Shown here piece after piece: positions 41,870-56,535 of a stretch of DNA of 64,000 nt. Origin of the DNA: Eledone cirrhosa. Its lineage: Eukaryota. The notes beneath the pieces are model-generated. The model had not been told where the DNA came from, made no database searches, and saw nothing but the letters and a program-made list of their open reading frames with translations. A program made the position numbers and the translations under genes. The stretch is taken from positions 315,270,001-315,334,000 of the forward strand of contig OZ024743.1 in NCBI GenBank assembly GCA_964016885.1. Reading direction: 5' to 3'. Positions within the stretch are counted from its first letter, which is position 1. The number at the start of each line of letters is the position of its first letter.

Positions 41870-42160
41870 TCAAAATTGAATCTAATTGATACTGCAATGC
41901 TCCACTACCACAATATGGCTGAAAAGGAAATGGGAAAGGTCAATAATTATGCAGACATATGTAGACACTGTTAGAACTGAGAACCATGTAGAGACAGGAG
42001 TCAGGCCAATCATCATTGGTGCGCTAAGTACGGTCCCTAAGCACCGTGAGTCTTTCGTCTTAAGCCATGGGATCCCCGTTTTCATAAGCAGTGCCCAAAT
42101 TTCTACCATCACTAGCACTGCCAGAATCCTTCGTGATATATTTAGCCTGAGATCAGGGAC
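41870..42160 (+). pseudogene. RLE (R4-type) LINE C-terminal fragment
   Basis: PIIIGALSTVPK...QISTITSTARILR. Confidence 0.65.
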
Positions 42161-42409
42161 TGATCTGAGGCCAATTAACACGCTTCACCTAGCGACGTAT
42201 TGTTACAAAACGAAAAACAAATTATATTATTATTACTATTGTTTGCAACTTCTTTTGATATCTGCTTCTTTCCAATACCATACCGAGTGTCAATCTGACA
42301 CCTAAGGCAAAACATGATAATACACATATTTTACACACAATTTTCATATAAATGATGCGATAAGGACATAAACAACAGTAAATGTATTTGCAAAGTATTT
42401 AAATTGATT

Positions 42410-43280
42410 ATGCCATTCTCAGGATATGGACACTGTTAGTCCGCAATATTTTCTGTATCTCTTGGAGAGATGGCTTTCCAGCTATCCGACCAAAATATTT
42501 TTCAGTTCCCTCTTGTATCATTCCAAGTGCACCGACAGTCATTGGTATTCTACAGGCTTTAAGATGCCACAATCTCTCAATTTAAATTGTCAAATCTTTA
42601 CATTTACTAAGTTTTCGAAATCATTGATCTGATGGAATGTTCATGTCAAGAAGTATGTTTTTATGATTCATATTTGTAAATCTCAGACACATAGATGTTG
42701 ATCTATCTGGATATTTGAGTTAGAGAGCAGTCAAAAACTTGACAAAGGTCCCTCGCTGCATCTTGTCATGTGTGTTACATAGACAAGACTTTCCTTAAAA
42801 TATTTCTGCATGACTTATTACCTAACCTTAATTCCGATTCTATTTACACAATCCTCAAAACTGTCCGATATGGAACCCAGTGCTCTGATTATTACTGGAC
42901 TCACTAAAATCTTCTTAGTACCCTACACTTTTCCAACTTCCTCCTTCAGAATCGCATATTCTCCATCTGTTCGTGCTCTTTATCCTTCACTCTACTAGTA
43001 TAAAGATATGGATAATTTTTACCACTTTTGTCTTGTTCATCCCAGCCTTTTTGTCTTAATCATTCTATCACATTGAATGTTGAAGTTCCACAAAAGCTTA
43101 AATTCGTCATTGTCTGGTCTCTGCTCATACCATTTAGTTCCTTTGACAAACCTACATTTCTCAGATATCTTCCAATAGATATATCTGGCAATATTATCAT
43201 GTTTTTTGTACACTCGCTGTGCAAAATTAATCCATTCGTTTGCAATATTGTTGACCATTTCTCCTTTTCCTCAGCATATT
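42410..43280 (-). pseudogene. Decayed R4-type RLE LINE fragments
   Basis: KHDNIARYIYWKI...WYE...KLLWNFNIQCD, IIRALGSI and VGALG motifs. Confidence 0.7.
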
Positions 43281-43483
43281 AATTATCTTTCTATGGTGTT
43301 TGTGTTTTGAAGTGTTTGCGTCTTCTTTTGTCTGTTTGTTGTGTCATTTTTAGCAATATTAGTTGTGTTATTTGCCTGTCTGATGAATGTAGCATATATC
43401 GTATCTTTCGTGTCAGAGTTGGTTTTGTTAACCATCACAAATCGAGCAAACGGTGAGGTGGTTCTACCGCCACACATTCCACG

Positions 43484-43556
43484 GTACATTTGCAGTGGGT
43501 GTGGATTAATTTGCAAGTCAGCGGGTGGACTGACCAGATATTGTAAAATGCATGAA
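43484..43556 (+). pseudogene. C2H2-like C-terminal motif typical of RTE-clade LINE ends
   Basis: YICSGCGLICKSAGGLTRYCKMH resembles C..CG..C.S..GL..H.R.H. Confidence 0.5.
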
Positions 43557-45044
43557 GACTCTTTGATAATTGCAGCAATCTACCACCGCCTCTGGACTGG
43601 TGCTTTATATATCGTCCTCAGAAAGATGAAACCTGGTTTTGATTTCGGTGTGATTTGTACTCAGGCATTTAATACGACGTCCAAACACCTCTGCTGACTC
43701 GCCATTACTATAACTGTAACTTCGATGTTAGAATATTTTCTGTTTAATCAAATATCCCAAATGTTACGACTATTATAAGATATCTCTGAAGGAACATATC
43801 TGCCAATTTGTCCGCGAGGTCATGAAACATTTGAATGTATTGCTGTGATTTCCTTTTATTAGAGTTCTTAAGAAAAGTAAAGAATAGCATTAAACGTATT
43901 GAAAATAATTGTCTTGTTATACGTTGAAAGCGCCGAACGTTATATTTTAAAGTTTCGTTTTTTGTACTCTCGATCTTTTAATTTGAAATATTTTTGCGGA
44001 TATCTAAATACATGTAGCACTCGTTATCTCTGACATAGGAGATAGCAGGATTATTTATATGAATGATTTTATATTTGGAAGGACATTTTCATACGTTCTA
44101 CGGTGAATTGTATTTTCTTTGGCTAATTTCCATTCTTATATCTGTTGAAATTATATTAAATACAGTTTTATTTCTATTTTTATCAGCATTGAAGATATTT
44201 CTAGTTTAGATATATAACAAAAAGCATTATGGATATCATTAGTGTTTTGTGTTATTTTATACCATATTATAAAGGTTGGCGAATTAGCAGAGTTATTAGA
44301 ACCTCAGGTATAATGGTTTGAGGTATTCGTTCCGGCTCTCTGCATTCTGAGTTCAACATTGCCTTCCATCAATTGAAGGTTGATAGAAATATGGGGCTGA
44401 TTCCAACCTATCTCTCAATCCCTCACTTTTTATCTTTGTCTGGAAGAAATCTGGTGTTTTCAGACATAGACAGGAGGTGGGACCCGTTAAGTTTTAAAAA
44501 ATTCCATAGAAACGCCGTATGTCAATATCGTGCCCTTTCATTCTTTTCAGAGTTACGGGGAAAAAAACAAACTACCATAGGTTATGGACACAGCCTAGCC
44601 GAATGGGTAAGTTGACTTCATAATTATGATGTTCAGGACTCAGTCCCATAGTGAGGCATCCTGAGCAAGTGTAATTGCCCTTAGCCTCATATTGACCCAC
44701 TCTTTCGCGAGGAGGGGTGTTTGTGATTGGGTACACGGACACTGTTTGAAAGGTTGCCAGATCGGCTGCACCTGGAATTCAAGCTGAGCATTGTCGTACA
44801 ATGTGGCATACAAACTATCCATGAGAATTACATTAAAGGCACACTTGTTTGTGAAAGACCCAAACATTTATTGATTAATTTCATGAACAGAATGTTTTCT
44901 TGGTCGTGTGATGCATTGACTCCTTGAGCAAGGCAGTATATGTCACGTTGCTCTACATCACTCAGTTGAAAGTGAGTATGAGCTGAAAATTGAGATTTAC
45001 CTTGCAACGAGTTGACGTTCCCTCCATAAAACTATCACTTGATA

Positions 45045-45180
45045 AATTCGGGAGGTCGAATTTGCCTTTCATTCTTTCCCAGGTCGATAAAATAAAATAC
45101 CTGTCCAATACTAGGGTCGATATAATCGACTCTCCCATCAAAGAATTTGTTGGCCTTGTGCCAAAACTAGGAATCATTAT
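45045..45180 (+). mobile_element. S1-related SINE 3' part
   Basis: gaggtcgaatttgcctttcatt...gtcgataaaataaa...ggccttgtgccaaaa. Confidence 0.75.
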
Positions 45181-45689
45181 TACCCTTCTCCTTCCTGATA
45201 CTATTCATGTATGATTTTTTGCTGCGGGAATTTCTTTTTTTATTACCAGATCTTGTATCAAAATGATTTAAAGCATTCTTGAGGTATATCTTTTAACTGA
45301 GATTTTATTCCTTATTACTCTCTAATATATAGCTCGTGGCATAGAGCCAAATTTCTAGTATTTAATGAGGTTTGCTTGACGTAGATGTTTTTGGTAACAG
45401 CGTTTATCTCTCAACATTTCAACTTTATGCTTCAGTTACTAATCCCGCCTAAGAAGGTTAGTGGGCAGAATCACCGTACATCATAATTCGTTTTTAGAAC
45501 AAATATAATCTTATTGTTCACCCTCCACACCTTATGAGGGAACCAAAATGTCCGATTCTGCGCTGCAAGCTGTTTATATTTTTCACTTACGTCAGAAAAT
45601 CGCATTACATCATGCACTGCAGACATTTTTTACTTATTGGTTCATTGTGAAAACTGTCGTTTAGAAATAGATATTAGTTTTCCAATATA

Positions 45690-45892
45690 TAGAGTGAATC
45701 ATAAGTAACCGTAAGGATCACAGTTAACATTTTGAACATCCGCTTATTTGTGTGTAATCAGATATGGTTATATATTTTAATTACTTTTGTTTGATGTATT
45801 TATAATTTCATGGTGTATGACCAAAACTGTAGTAAATATATATTATTTGGTATATGAATGTCGAAATACCCGGTTACTTATGAGTCACCCTG
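45690..45892. mobile_element. Tc1/mariner-type MITE (~200 bp)
   Basis: TIRs tagagtgaatcataagtaaccg and cggttacttatgagtcaccctg, with TA on both flanks. Confidence 0.75.
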
Positions 45893-46366
45893 TATATATA
45901 TTTTGAATTTTGAATTATCGCCATCGTGTTCCTTAAAAATTGTCAGGTTTGGCTTACCTCCTCTTTGATGTGAAGTTAAGTGTCACTAAAAGTCTAGGTT
46001 TACTTCGGTGAGGATCGATAATGCGTTGTACTAACTCACTTAAAGGACATTTCCATTCGGTGGAGGTTGACTCCTGCTGAGGAAGCGATCTCAAACAGAA
46101 TTACGTGTTGTCTCCCGACATTGACTAATTTCTGCAGACGGTAGTTCTAGTCGGACTATTGCTGACAGATTCGAATTGCAAACACCGTGCATGGAATGTG
46201 AATCTGGATATTTTAATATCCTGCAGACACGGTGTCGTTTTTCTTACCAATTAACGCATGTGTACACTCTGGTTCATGGGCTTTTATTTTGATAATGTAA
46301 ACTTAATTATATCTTTGAGCGAGTTCTCGGCCGTGTCGATTCAGTTTGAAAAGTTTCGTATATTTG

Positions 46367-46455
<89 letters not shown>

Positions 46456-46460
46456 ATATA

Positions 46461-46529
<69 letters not shown>

Positions 46530-46546
46530 GTATATATATATATATG

Positions 46547-46580
<34 letters not shown>

Positions 46581-46581
46581 G

Positions 46582-46618
<37 letters not shown>

Positions 46619-46621
<3 letters not shown>

Positions 46622-47875
46622 GGTGCGGACGGTATGTGAGGACGGATTTATGGTTTTAAAAAACGCTTATATAATAACTGAAAAAAGCTGTATTCTTATA
46701 AAAATAACATAAACATAAAGCTAAATTATAAATTTTATAATTTCATTCAATAAAACCACCATAAGCATCAATAACTGCCTCTACACGGGGTCGAAATCGT
46801 TTACATGCTCGGATTAAGCGGCCCTTGTTCATATCGGACAGACTCGAACTATTGCGACTTTCAAAGAATCTTTGGTGCTATGGGGGTGACATTTTTCTCA
46901 ACGATGCTCCATACATAGTAGTCCAGTGGATTGAGATCTGGAGAATTAGGAGGACAAATGTTGGGGGTAATGTGATCATGCAAATTGTCGGCCATCCATT
47001 CTTGTGTCATTTGAGCCTTGTGTGATGGTGCAGAATCTTGTTGAAAGACATAAGGCTTCCATTGCATACACTGTTGATCCAAGGCTTAACAACTTTATCC
47101 AGAACCTCAATATATGCAGCAGCATTCACCCTAAGACGTTGTGGAAAAATGTGAGGAGGATCACATGTCCTTCATTGCTAACAACACCCAAAACCATGAC
47201 ACCTGATGGAAATTGTGTGTGCATTACTCTTGGGACCTCAGAAGGGTCTACACATAGCCACCTGTCATTTCTTCTGTTAGCTTTCTGGTCCTGGTCAAAG
47301 TTTTTCCCATCTGAGAAAAAACAAATTACATCATCTTCTAATGGATTTTTAAGTTTGTTCAAAAGTTTTTGGATCTGATTAAACGGTTTTCTTTTGTTTT
47401 TTCTGGCATGAAATGACCTCTCCTCACCACGTAAGATTTGTATCTGATGTTTTCATGCACAACATTTCTGATTGTTTTTTCTGACACACCAAAACTTTTT
47501 GCAATTGACCTCATTAATTTTCCTGGATTGTTATAAATGTTTTCGCTTAACTTCCTGAATAAATTCAGGTGTCCTGAGAGAATCAGAGCATTTGGAATGT
47601 TTTTTATGTTTTGATACAGGTAATACGCTTTCATCTTCTTACTCTAACTCACACCGAATCTTGTGGACAAAAGATATCGCAGCTTTCTGAAAACGAGAAA
47701 TTTCTAAATCACCATGCTTAGCCTTCAAAGCCACAATCACAGCATGCCTTTTCATTTCATTAGAAAGCATAGTGATTTTCATTGTTATTTTCTGAAATAG
47801 AAGTTCAATAAAAATTAGTCAAATAAAATAATGACTAAAAATGCATGTCTCCTCAATTACCGTCCTCAAATACTG
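46619..47875 (-). mobile_element. Decayed DD37D (maT) Tc1/mariner transposon
   Basis: FFSDGKNF...MVLGVVSNEG...FQQDSAPSH...PPNSPDLNPLDYYVW, with 37 residues between the 2nd and 3rd Asp. Degenerate TIRs cagggtgcggacggtatgtgagga and tcctcaattaccgtcctcaaatactg flanked by TA. Confidence 0.88.
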
Positions 47876-48047
47876 TATGTGGTTACTGTACGTAGTAAAC
47901 AAAGTTCCAGATGGTAGTATGGACGAAACAATAGAAGAAAGGAAAAAAGAAAAGAGATTCTTAATCAGCTGTAAATCCGAGATGAAGATGTTTCGGCGAT
48001 TAATACAGGACATCTATAAGCGATCAGCGATATATATATATATATAT

Positions 48048-48236
48048 AATTGTTTCTACTTTAGGTAAAGGGCCAGCAATTACCCAGTGCATTACTGGTA
48101 CTTTATTTTATCGACCACGTAAGGAAGAAAGGCAAAGTAAACCTCGGCGGGATTTGAACTCAGACCGTAAAGGGTCGTAACTATGCTGGAAAGCATGGCG
48201 TCCGACTCTCAACCGATACTGCCAATCCACCGCCCC
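48048..48236 (-). mobile_element. Full-length SINE S1
   Basis: Reverse complement of S1 from gggcggtggattggc to gtagaaacaat. Confidence 0.92.
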
Positions 48237-48244
48237 TAATATAT

Positions 48245-48870
48245 AATATTATTCAAAATATTAATAAAGGAGAAATATTATCATAACCAAAGTATATATT
48301 TTATTATACATATTTCAAAGGTATGTACAATGGGGTTTCAGTACGTTTTCATCAGATAAAATATATAAGAGGTTGGATATACGACATGGCGCTAAGGTAT
48401 TGAATCTTCAATTCCTGTAGTGGTATTTTGAATAATATTATAGATACTCCAGATAAATTACTATTGTAAAATTGAATTCGTTGAATAATCAACGAACCAT
48501 ATATTCTTTTGGTTATATATATATAGTCACAAGATTTTATATAGCTTCCAGAGATATTATTGATAATGATTAATTAGTGCATTGTTGTTGTTGTTGTTGT
48601 TTTTTGTTTTTTGCTTTTTTTTGTTTATTTTTTTGTCAAAATCAATCTATTACTTAAAAGTTATTTAGAGTTGTGGACATTTCTCCACAATCCTTGTTAT
48701 TAAACAGCTTTTAAATTTAAGTATTGTAGAGCTAACTGTATTGCTTCGGTTTCATAGAGAGTCAGTTGTTAGAATATCAGTATAGCGTTCCATAGGATTA
48801 AGTAGACAGCTGAGTATAGCTGGGTTTCCCTTAATATTTTGAGCTTTGTTAATAGGCTTATTCTTATATA
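48245..48870 (-). mobile_element. Family C PLE 3' end: eroded endonuclease C-terminus and HHR-like motif (48298-48360)
   Basis: QLTLYETEAI...LN...EKCP remnant. Motif reads TTTAT-CTGATGA-AAACGTAC...GTACATACCTTT-GAAA-TATG-TA-TAA. Confidence 0.55.
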
Positions 48871-48939
48871 TGTATATATATATATATATATGTAAAAGGT
48901 AAACAGAAATAACAACACAATCGGTACAGTATATGGAAG

Positions 48940-49000
48940 GTATATATTAGGTTAATGCTTGATATAGCAGGAAGAGGATCTTAACGTTTCGGATGCTAGT
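48940..49000 (-). ncRNA. Family D HHR-like motif and PLE terminus
   Basis: Minus strand TTGATGA-AGGA-CTAGCA-TCC-GAAA-CG-TTAAG...ctatatcaagcattaacctaat. Confidence 0.6.
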
Positions 49001-49949
49001 CCTTCATCAATGTGTGTGTGTGTACAGTATTAACAATGAACATAGACCAAAATCTAGAGAGATCGCGATAAGGGTTTTATATATGTATATATATAAAATC
49101 GTACAGCAAATATTCATTAGGGCCATAGATTCAAAATTTAAGCAAGCAATTTTTGATTTTACTCTAAAGCGAGATCTTCTCAGGTTTAGAAAATCCTGCT
49201 TTAGGGTGAAAGCAGAAATAAATTGTTTGATTAAATGTTTAATCTGTGCTATTAATAAATAATCAATATATATATATATAATGTACGATAGATAATGATT
49301 ACAATATTTTTGAGTAACAACTCTAGTCCCACACTTTTGAAGGTTTATTATAACATTCTGTGGCTCTTTTGAGCTTGCGCATTTTTCATGTCTAGTTTAA
49401 TATTTTTTAAAGTCAACGCTTGTAATAACTAGTTAAACATGATATATATTAATAATAAATTATCGTTGTAATGTAATTAGATTAAATAATTGTTATTATA
49501 AATGATCTTATAAATATTAGTGTAAGATGTATACAAATATTTTCAGACTTTTAATATAAACAACAACAAAAAACAATCAATATTAAATCAATATATTATA
49601 CACAATAGAAAACATAAAATAAATAAACAATATAAAAATAAAATATTTACATACAATTGCAATTATCTGTCTATATATTTTCTTTATTCCCTGAGCAAAT
49701 TAATGAGATTTGTTCTTATTGCACATAATTTGATGACTTTTTGGAGTGTATTAAAAGATAACAACAATTTGTGATTAAATTGTTATCTTAAGCAACTCTC
49801 TTTTTAATAGTTGATGGCTGAGCGACATTGGAAAAGCCTATGAACAAATATTTTAAAAATTACACAAACTACATTCCCCTGTATTGTTGCAACATTAGAT
49901 AAAATAATTGAGTAATGTCGTCAGATTTTGCTCTTATTGCACATTAATA

Positions 49950-50118
49950 GTGTTTCTAATTTTCGGCACAACGCCATTACCGCAGTCCATTGCTGGTACT
50001 TTATTGTATCGAACTGGTAAGGATGAAAGACAAAGTTAACCTTGGCGGAATTTGAACTTAGAACGCAAAGGGCCATAACAATGCTGCAAAGCATGGTGTC
50101 TGACACTCTACCAATACT
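49950..50118 (-). mobile_element. Diverged SINE S1 (further fragment at 50265-50320)
   Basis: Reverse complement of S1. Confidence 0.8.
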
Positions 50119-51389
50119 TGTGTTGAGCTGGTCACCAATTTGTGGTGGTCGTGCGTGGAGTAGAACAACGAGCGCTAGTCGAAATAGTATTAACAAAACA
50201 TTTTTATTTGTCGAAGAACATATTTTCAATACTGTTTGTGAATGGGCATCTACTTATAGTGACAGTGTATTACTGGTACTTTATTTTATCAACCCCGTAA
50301 GGATGAAAGGCAAAGTTAATACTGACAATAATGCAAATGTGTAATAGTGAAAATTTGCGCCTTTTCAATAATTTATCGTCTGCTCAATTTGCATTAAATG
50401 GAAATAACTCGTCTCTCAACTGTATTTATACATTTTAACTGAAATATCATTATTACACATTCGATTTGAACATTTTTGTTGACCGATCTCTCCGCTGGAG
50501 CTTAATCTATAAGTTTAGATGTGTGGCGACCGTTTTAGTAGAGAGACAGACAGACAACCTCAGCTTTATATATATATATACATATCAAAGATTTTTAAAC
50601 GCGTGTGACACAAATTTTTACAATGTTTTTAGAAATATTATTTTTACAAATATTTACAAACAAAGTATAGTTTGTATTACAATCGGAACTCTGCCTATAC
50701 TCGATTGCAATATATAAAGAGGAACAAGATACAAAGATATATTTCTTTATTTGGCACAAGGGCGCACAAAAATGGGACATTACAGAACATGAATATACGC
50801 TATTTTGAAGTGTTTAAGAATTTTTTACAAACAAAAATTTAGAATCGTTTTGTACAAACGATAAATTTAAAAATATTTGTACAAACTTTTACGATAGACT
50901 TTCATCTTATCCATTGACCGCCTAACTCTAACCCTAACGTCAATATATTACATTTGTTTTAAAAATAGTTAATATAAATTTAAAAAAATCATATAACGAC
51001 AAAACAACAAAAATAAATGAACTAGGAAAACAAACAAAAAAACATGGCGGATGCATTTGAGCAACACTTACTCTGATTGGTTGAAAATTAGCCAATGGCA
51101 TGTAATCACCACGGCCACGGCCAGACCTTGAAAAAAGAATTGACGATCTACACATATATGTTAGAACACTAAAGTGACTAAAACATTCTGTTGTTAGTCA
51201 CCTCGTGTCTAACCAAATGTTACCTCTATTTGTATTTGAATGGAACATATGTAAATCAATTAAATAATGCATTAATGTATTGATTCTTGATGATTATTAT
51301 ATTTTCATTTATGTATATATATATATATATATCATGGGAAGTGCTCATGGGAACATTTGCTGTTAATACGTTGAATACCAGTGATAGTA

Positions 51390-51433
<44 letters not shown>

Positions 51434-51534
51434 ATTGATGAGTGAATAATAATAATATTATAATAAAATAATAATATTATTATTAATCATTTACGAATAC
51501 ATTTAGGTATCCACCATGTTAGAGTGAAACATTT

Positions 51535-51608
<74 letters not shown>

Positions 51609-51765
51609 ATATAGTGCTTGTGTGTGTATATATATATATATATATACATATGTGTGTGTGTATGTATGTAGGTAGGTTCATGTTTGCTCTTAGAGCCTGA
51701 TTAAAGTAGTTAGGGGCCTTAGGCTAGAGAGCACAAGGAGACCCTCCACTTGAATACAAAATATA

Positions 51766-51943
51766 ATTGTTTCCTCTTTTAGCACAAGGCCAGCAATTAT
51801 ATCAGTACATTACAGGTGCTTTATTTTATCGACCTCGTAGAGATGAAAATCAAAGTTAACCTCGGTGGGATTTGAATTCAAACTGTAAAGGGACGTAACT
51901 TTATGCATGGCGTCCTACTCTCTACCGACACTGCCAATCCACC
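51766..51943 (-). mobile_element. SINE S1
   Basis: Reverse complement of S1. Confidence 0.88.
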
Positions 51944-52163
51944 GAATGAATACAAAATATAATAAAGAGTACATTAGTTATTCTGAGATTTCTGAAACAG
52001 ATGTGACACCCAAAGGAAATGAAATTCGTTTAATAATAATTATAAAATTCAATTTTTTCATATAATATTGTCGTGTTTTCTATCTACAGGAGTCAATATA
52101 CACTTAAAACAAGACAAGGGACACTGAACTATCAGGACCTCGGCTGCATCCCTCTTTGTCTCT

Positions 52164-52323
52164 ATGTATTTGCAGTGCTATTTGCTACAGATTGTTTTTG
52201 TTACTGTTTTCCACCAGATCCATAACGATGATCATGTTGATGGTGATGACGTATCTGTTTTCAGTCTCGATGTTGAGAATTCTGTTACTCGTGGAACTGA
52301 ACCACCAAGTCGTGAATTATCTG
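52164..52323 (+). CDS. Candidate first coding exon of a host secreted or membrane protein (exon about 52090-52323)
   Basis: Acceptor gtgttttctatctacag| at 52089, ATG at 52164, MYLQCYLLQIVFVTVFHQIHNDDHVDGDDVSVFSLDVENSVTRGTEPPSRELS, phase-1 donor G|gtaaat at 52324. Non-repetitive sequence. Confidence 0.35.
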
Positions 52324-53507
52324 GTAAATAGTTAAATATTGCACAGACCCGTGTACGCTTAATACAATTCCAAAGTGGAACCAGTATGACACAGTATGAG
52401 GCGAGGGCGGTCCCTTTAATTACAAGACTCATCCAATTGACGCAATTTCTCTTTACCCAATTTCACAGAAATTTTTTAAGTTAGCCTGTAACTATGTTAC
52501 AGACATTGATCCAAGTAGTAGGATCGAGCGTGAGACATCATGATTCCAAAGCAAACCTGTTAATCACTCAGCCATGAGTCAACCTGTCCCAAAAGACTTA
52601 GAAGATTTTTAATTGTTTATCAGAATCTAGATTGCCCAGTACAACCTTCTTTTCTTGTATTGTTTTGTTTTTTAGACTAACGAATTAACCGAATCATTAC
52701 AAGTGCAGCAAAAAGTGTCATTTGGTATTTTTGTCCGATTGTCTGGGCACTAAACTCAAATCCCATCTATATCTGCAATGTATTTCATCCTTTCGGGATC
52801 GATAGGATGAAGTACAAATCCAGAACAGAGGGATTCTAGAAGTGATACAACATCGGACGAGATGCCTTGCAATATTTGTCCCGCCTCTCTACGATCTGAG
52901 TTCAAATCCTGCTAGAACTTACATGACTATAAGATGTAATTCGTTTCCTTGTTTTACACCATAGCCTGGCACTTGGGTGTCTTTAGAGACTGTTATAAAA
53001 TCTTTTCTGCACCATTGCGAGTTATCAGTTTTGGTTGAATAGATGATAAATTATTTGGAACATTTCTGCGAGATATGCAATACCCACACATTACCTGATT
53101 TGATACTATTCATCTAATAGTTTCTTTGCATTTCTGATGAAAGTCTTCAAATTCCCTCTTCATATTCATGGTACAGTGCACCATTAAGTAGAATAGGTAG
53201 GTGGCTATTGTAGTAAGTAGAAAAAATATGCTTGTTGAAAGACTGCAGCACAGTAGCAATGTTTATAAACTGTTTATAACACCCAATGGCTATAAATGTT
53301 AACATATTTAAAATGTCTTCCACCTGATTGTTGTGCTGCTCCGTAGGCCGAAGTTCTGGATAATATTATTCCATACATAATGTCAGAAAGTACAACTATG
53401 TGATGTGGGTTTTCCTTCTTCTTCTGGGAGAGAGAGAGAGAGGAAAGAAGAAGAAGGAGAAAGTGAGAAAAGAGAGAGAGAGCGGGAGAGAGAGGGAAAG
53501 AGAGATA

Positions 53508-53592
<85 letters not shown>

Positions 53593-54182
53593 CCATGAAG
53601 TAGTGCAAGTATGTGTTTTTAAGTCAAAGGTAAAGTTTTGATCGCCATTTTTAAGGTGAGATTTTATCAGCAAAACACTATCTGTCCGAACCCCTTTTTC
53701 AGTCATTAGAGTATATCATTGCTGAGGATAACAACGTTTAGTGACAATTCGATTATTTTGACTCCAGTACCTTACTCATACTGATTTTATCGACCACGGA
53801 AGTATGAAAGGTGGAGTCAACAAGGGCGGAATTTTACCTTAGAGAGGGACGCAACCAAACAAAACAAGGTAATTTGTCCATTGTTTCGATCTAATATACA
53901 TAACTACACACACTGCATGTATTCATAAATATGTATATGTGTGCGTGTATGTGAGTGTGTGTTTGTGTATATATATGTATGTGTGTGTGTATGTGTGTAT
54001 GTGTGTGTTCGAATGTGTTTTTGCACATGTAAACTTGCAAATTTGATGAGGTGTCGAGGAAGAGTCGGGCGTCGGTCATTACGATTGTAACCTGCGCTGA
54101 GAGATATTGAAAGGATTGTGATATGCAATAAAGTTTATATATATATATGTTGCAACATTGACTTCGATCCTGCTTATATACA

Positions 54183-54248
<66 letters not shown>

Positions 54249-54489
54249 ACGTGTGTATGTGTGAGTGTATATATGTGAGAATATATATATATGTGAGAAA
54301 AACCACAATCCCTCCATCTCACTTCTACTTTTGAAAAGCAGAAGAACTGCGAAACCGGTAAAGGAACCAAATAAATATATATTTAAAAAAAAAAAGACTC
54401 CAGTTGCATTATCGATTTCATCTTTTATCCTTATATTTTCACTCGTGTAGGACACCCCGTTTTTTTCATTTTGTAAAAAAATTCACTTT

Positions 54490-54544
<55 letters not shown>

Positions 54545-55072
54545 AGTATATGAAAGTCACCAAATTTACTGCAGCTATCTCCGACTATTACGCACTCACT
54601 CGATGTGATAAGCTTGCAGTTGAGAAACTAAACCTTATCACACAGAATGTACACAAATAGTTAGTAAGTATGATGGCAGTGTTTTGGGTAAGAATACCTT
54701 CGTATCATTAACATTTATGATTAAAATGCCATAGTATTCAAAATACTCCAGCAGTAATCAAACAACCACCCAATTCTAATTTATTTTGTGAGTATACTAC
54801 TCCATGCTACTATGTAGCATGGAGTTGAATTTTATTATATCTAAAATTATATATTGTTTCATTAGATATACAATTTTTTTTAAATATAAACATATTGGTG
54901 AAGCGAAATAAATTTAGCATTCAATTTGGGATCATTGAATAAAAGAAAAAAATATTTAGCTTCTTCACTTCATGAAGCCGCCAGAAAACGAGACAAAGCT
55001 GGAACTTCGAAGTCACCGTCAATTTCCTACTGAGAATACACACAAACACACACAAAAAACATACAAGTAAAT

Positions 55073-55131
<59 letters not shown>

Positions 55132-55207
55132 CGGCTGTTTCTAGTGTTCAGTTTTATTGTGTGTATGTATGTATGGATGGATATAAAACATATATATTTT
55201 TTTGGGA

Positions 55208-55393
55208 ACGATCGACTTTCGTCGAATCGGACCGAGGGAACAATGTTTCCGTTGGTCTTTCCAATTGCTAATACTATCTATCGGTCGCAACTCCAGGTAG
55301 AAGGAGCAACGTGAAATAAAGTGTCTTGCTCAAGGACATAACGCATCGCCTGGTCCAGGAATCGAACTCACAACCTTACGATTGCGAATCCAA

Positions 55394-55395
<2 letters not shown>
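55208..55395 (-). mobile_element. SINE S3
   Basis: Matches 20822-21010. B-box gagttcgattcc on - strand. Confidence 0.8.
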
Positions 55396-55432
<37 letters not shown>

Positions 55433-55900
55433 AAACGGAATAGAAAATGCTGACAAATTGCTCACAGTGAAAAATAGATTAATTAGGGATAAGTGAGAAT
55501 TAGTAATAGTATTGGTTAGTATTCAGTTTTACCGGTTGCGCATTCTAATGCTTTTCAAAAATAATTTTGAGATAGGGCGTCCGTGATGTTTGCTCTGATC
55601 TGATTAGTTTTGGGAATTCTACCTGTTTTTATGTTTAAAAAGTGGCTCCAGCGGTATTAAAATAAGTGTTGCAAAAATTATTGTGGTCAAAACAATTTTG
55701 ATTGGTCGGTAGAGGTCATGTGAATGTAAAAAATTGATTTTGCGCCAAATGTAGGTTTGTGTCGGCTGACTGAGAAATAAGTATTTCACAACAAATATGT
55801 GTGTGTGTGTGTGTAGTAGTAGTAAAGAGGTTCGTTGTTGTGATAATGGTCAGCAGGGATGTGTGTGCGAACCTGTTGACAGTTCAAATGCCTATTAAGA

Positions 55901-55931
<31 letters not shown>

Positions 55932-56280
55932 AGCAGAGTAATTCGTGGTAGAGGGATGGTCAGTAGGAATGTGTCTGTAAGTGTGAGGGGGATATTTTAA
56001 CATGTTAAAAGATATTTTTCAGCTCTTGTCTTATACGGAGAAGTGTGTGTGTATGTCTCTTTGTATGTTAATGTACGCGTGTGTATGTGTGTGTGTATAT
56101 ATATGTGTGTGTGTGTGTGAGAGAGAATGTGTGTGATTGGACAAGTATTTTTTTCTGGTAAAATGGTGTACATTATTCGATATTTTCAGTAAAATCGATT
56201 CTCTCAATAGAACATCAAAAACCTTAATAATAAAAGGTTTGAAATGATATATAGTATTGGCATAATACCAAGGTGTGTGT

Positions 56281-56535
56281 GAGTGTGTCCAGATTGTACG
56301 TACTGCAAGGGGATCCATTAGGCCTTGCCGTATTGGAATACCTGTGAACAAATATGTATCTGGAGTGTGTCCAGAAATTGTATACCTGTGCACAAATTGT
56401 ACACATGTATCTGGAGTGTGTCCAGAAATTGTATACCTGTGCACAAATATGTATCTGGAGTGTGTCCAGATTGTACGTACCGCAAGGGGAATTCATTAGG
56501 CCTTGCCGTATTGGAATACCTGTGCACAAATATGT
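56281..56535. repeat. Tandem repeats in the family E spacer
   Basis: gagtgtgtccaga...atacctgtg.acaaat units of about 44-82 bp, four times. Confidence 0.85.
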
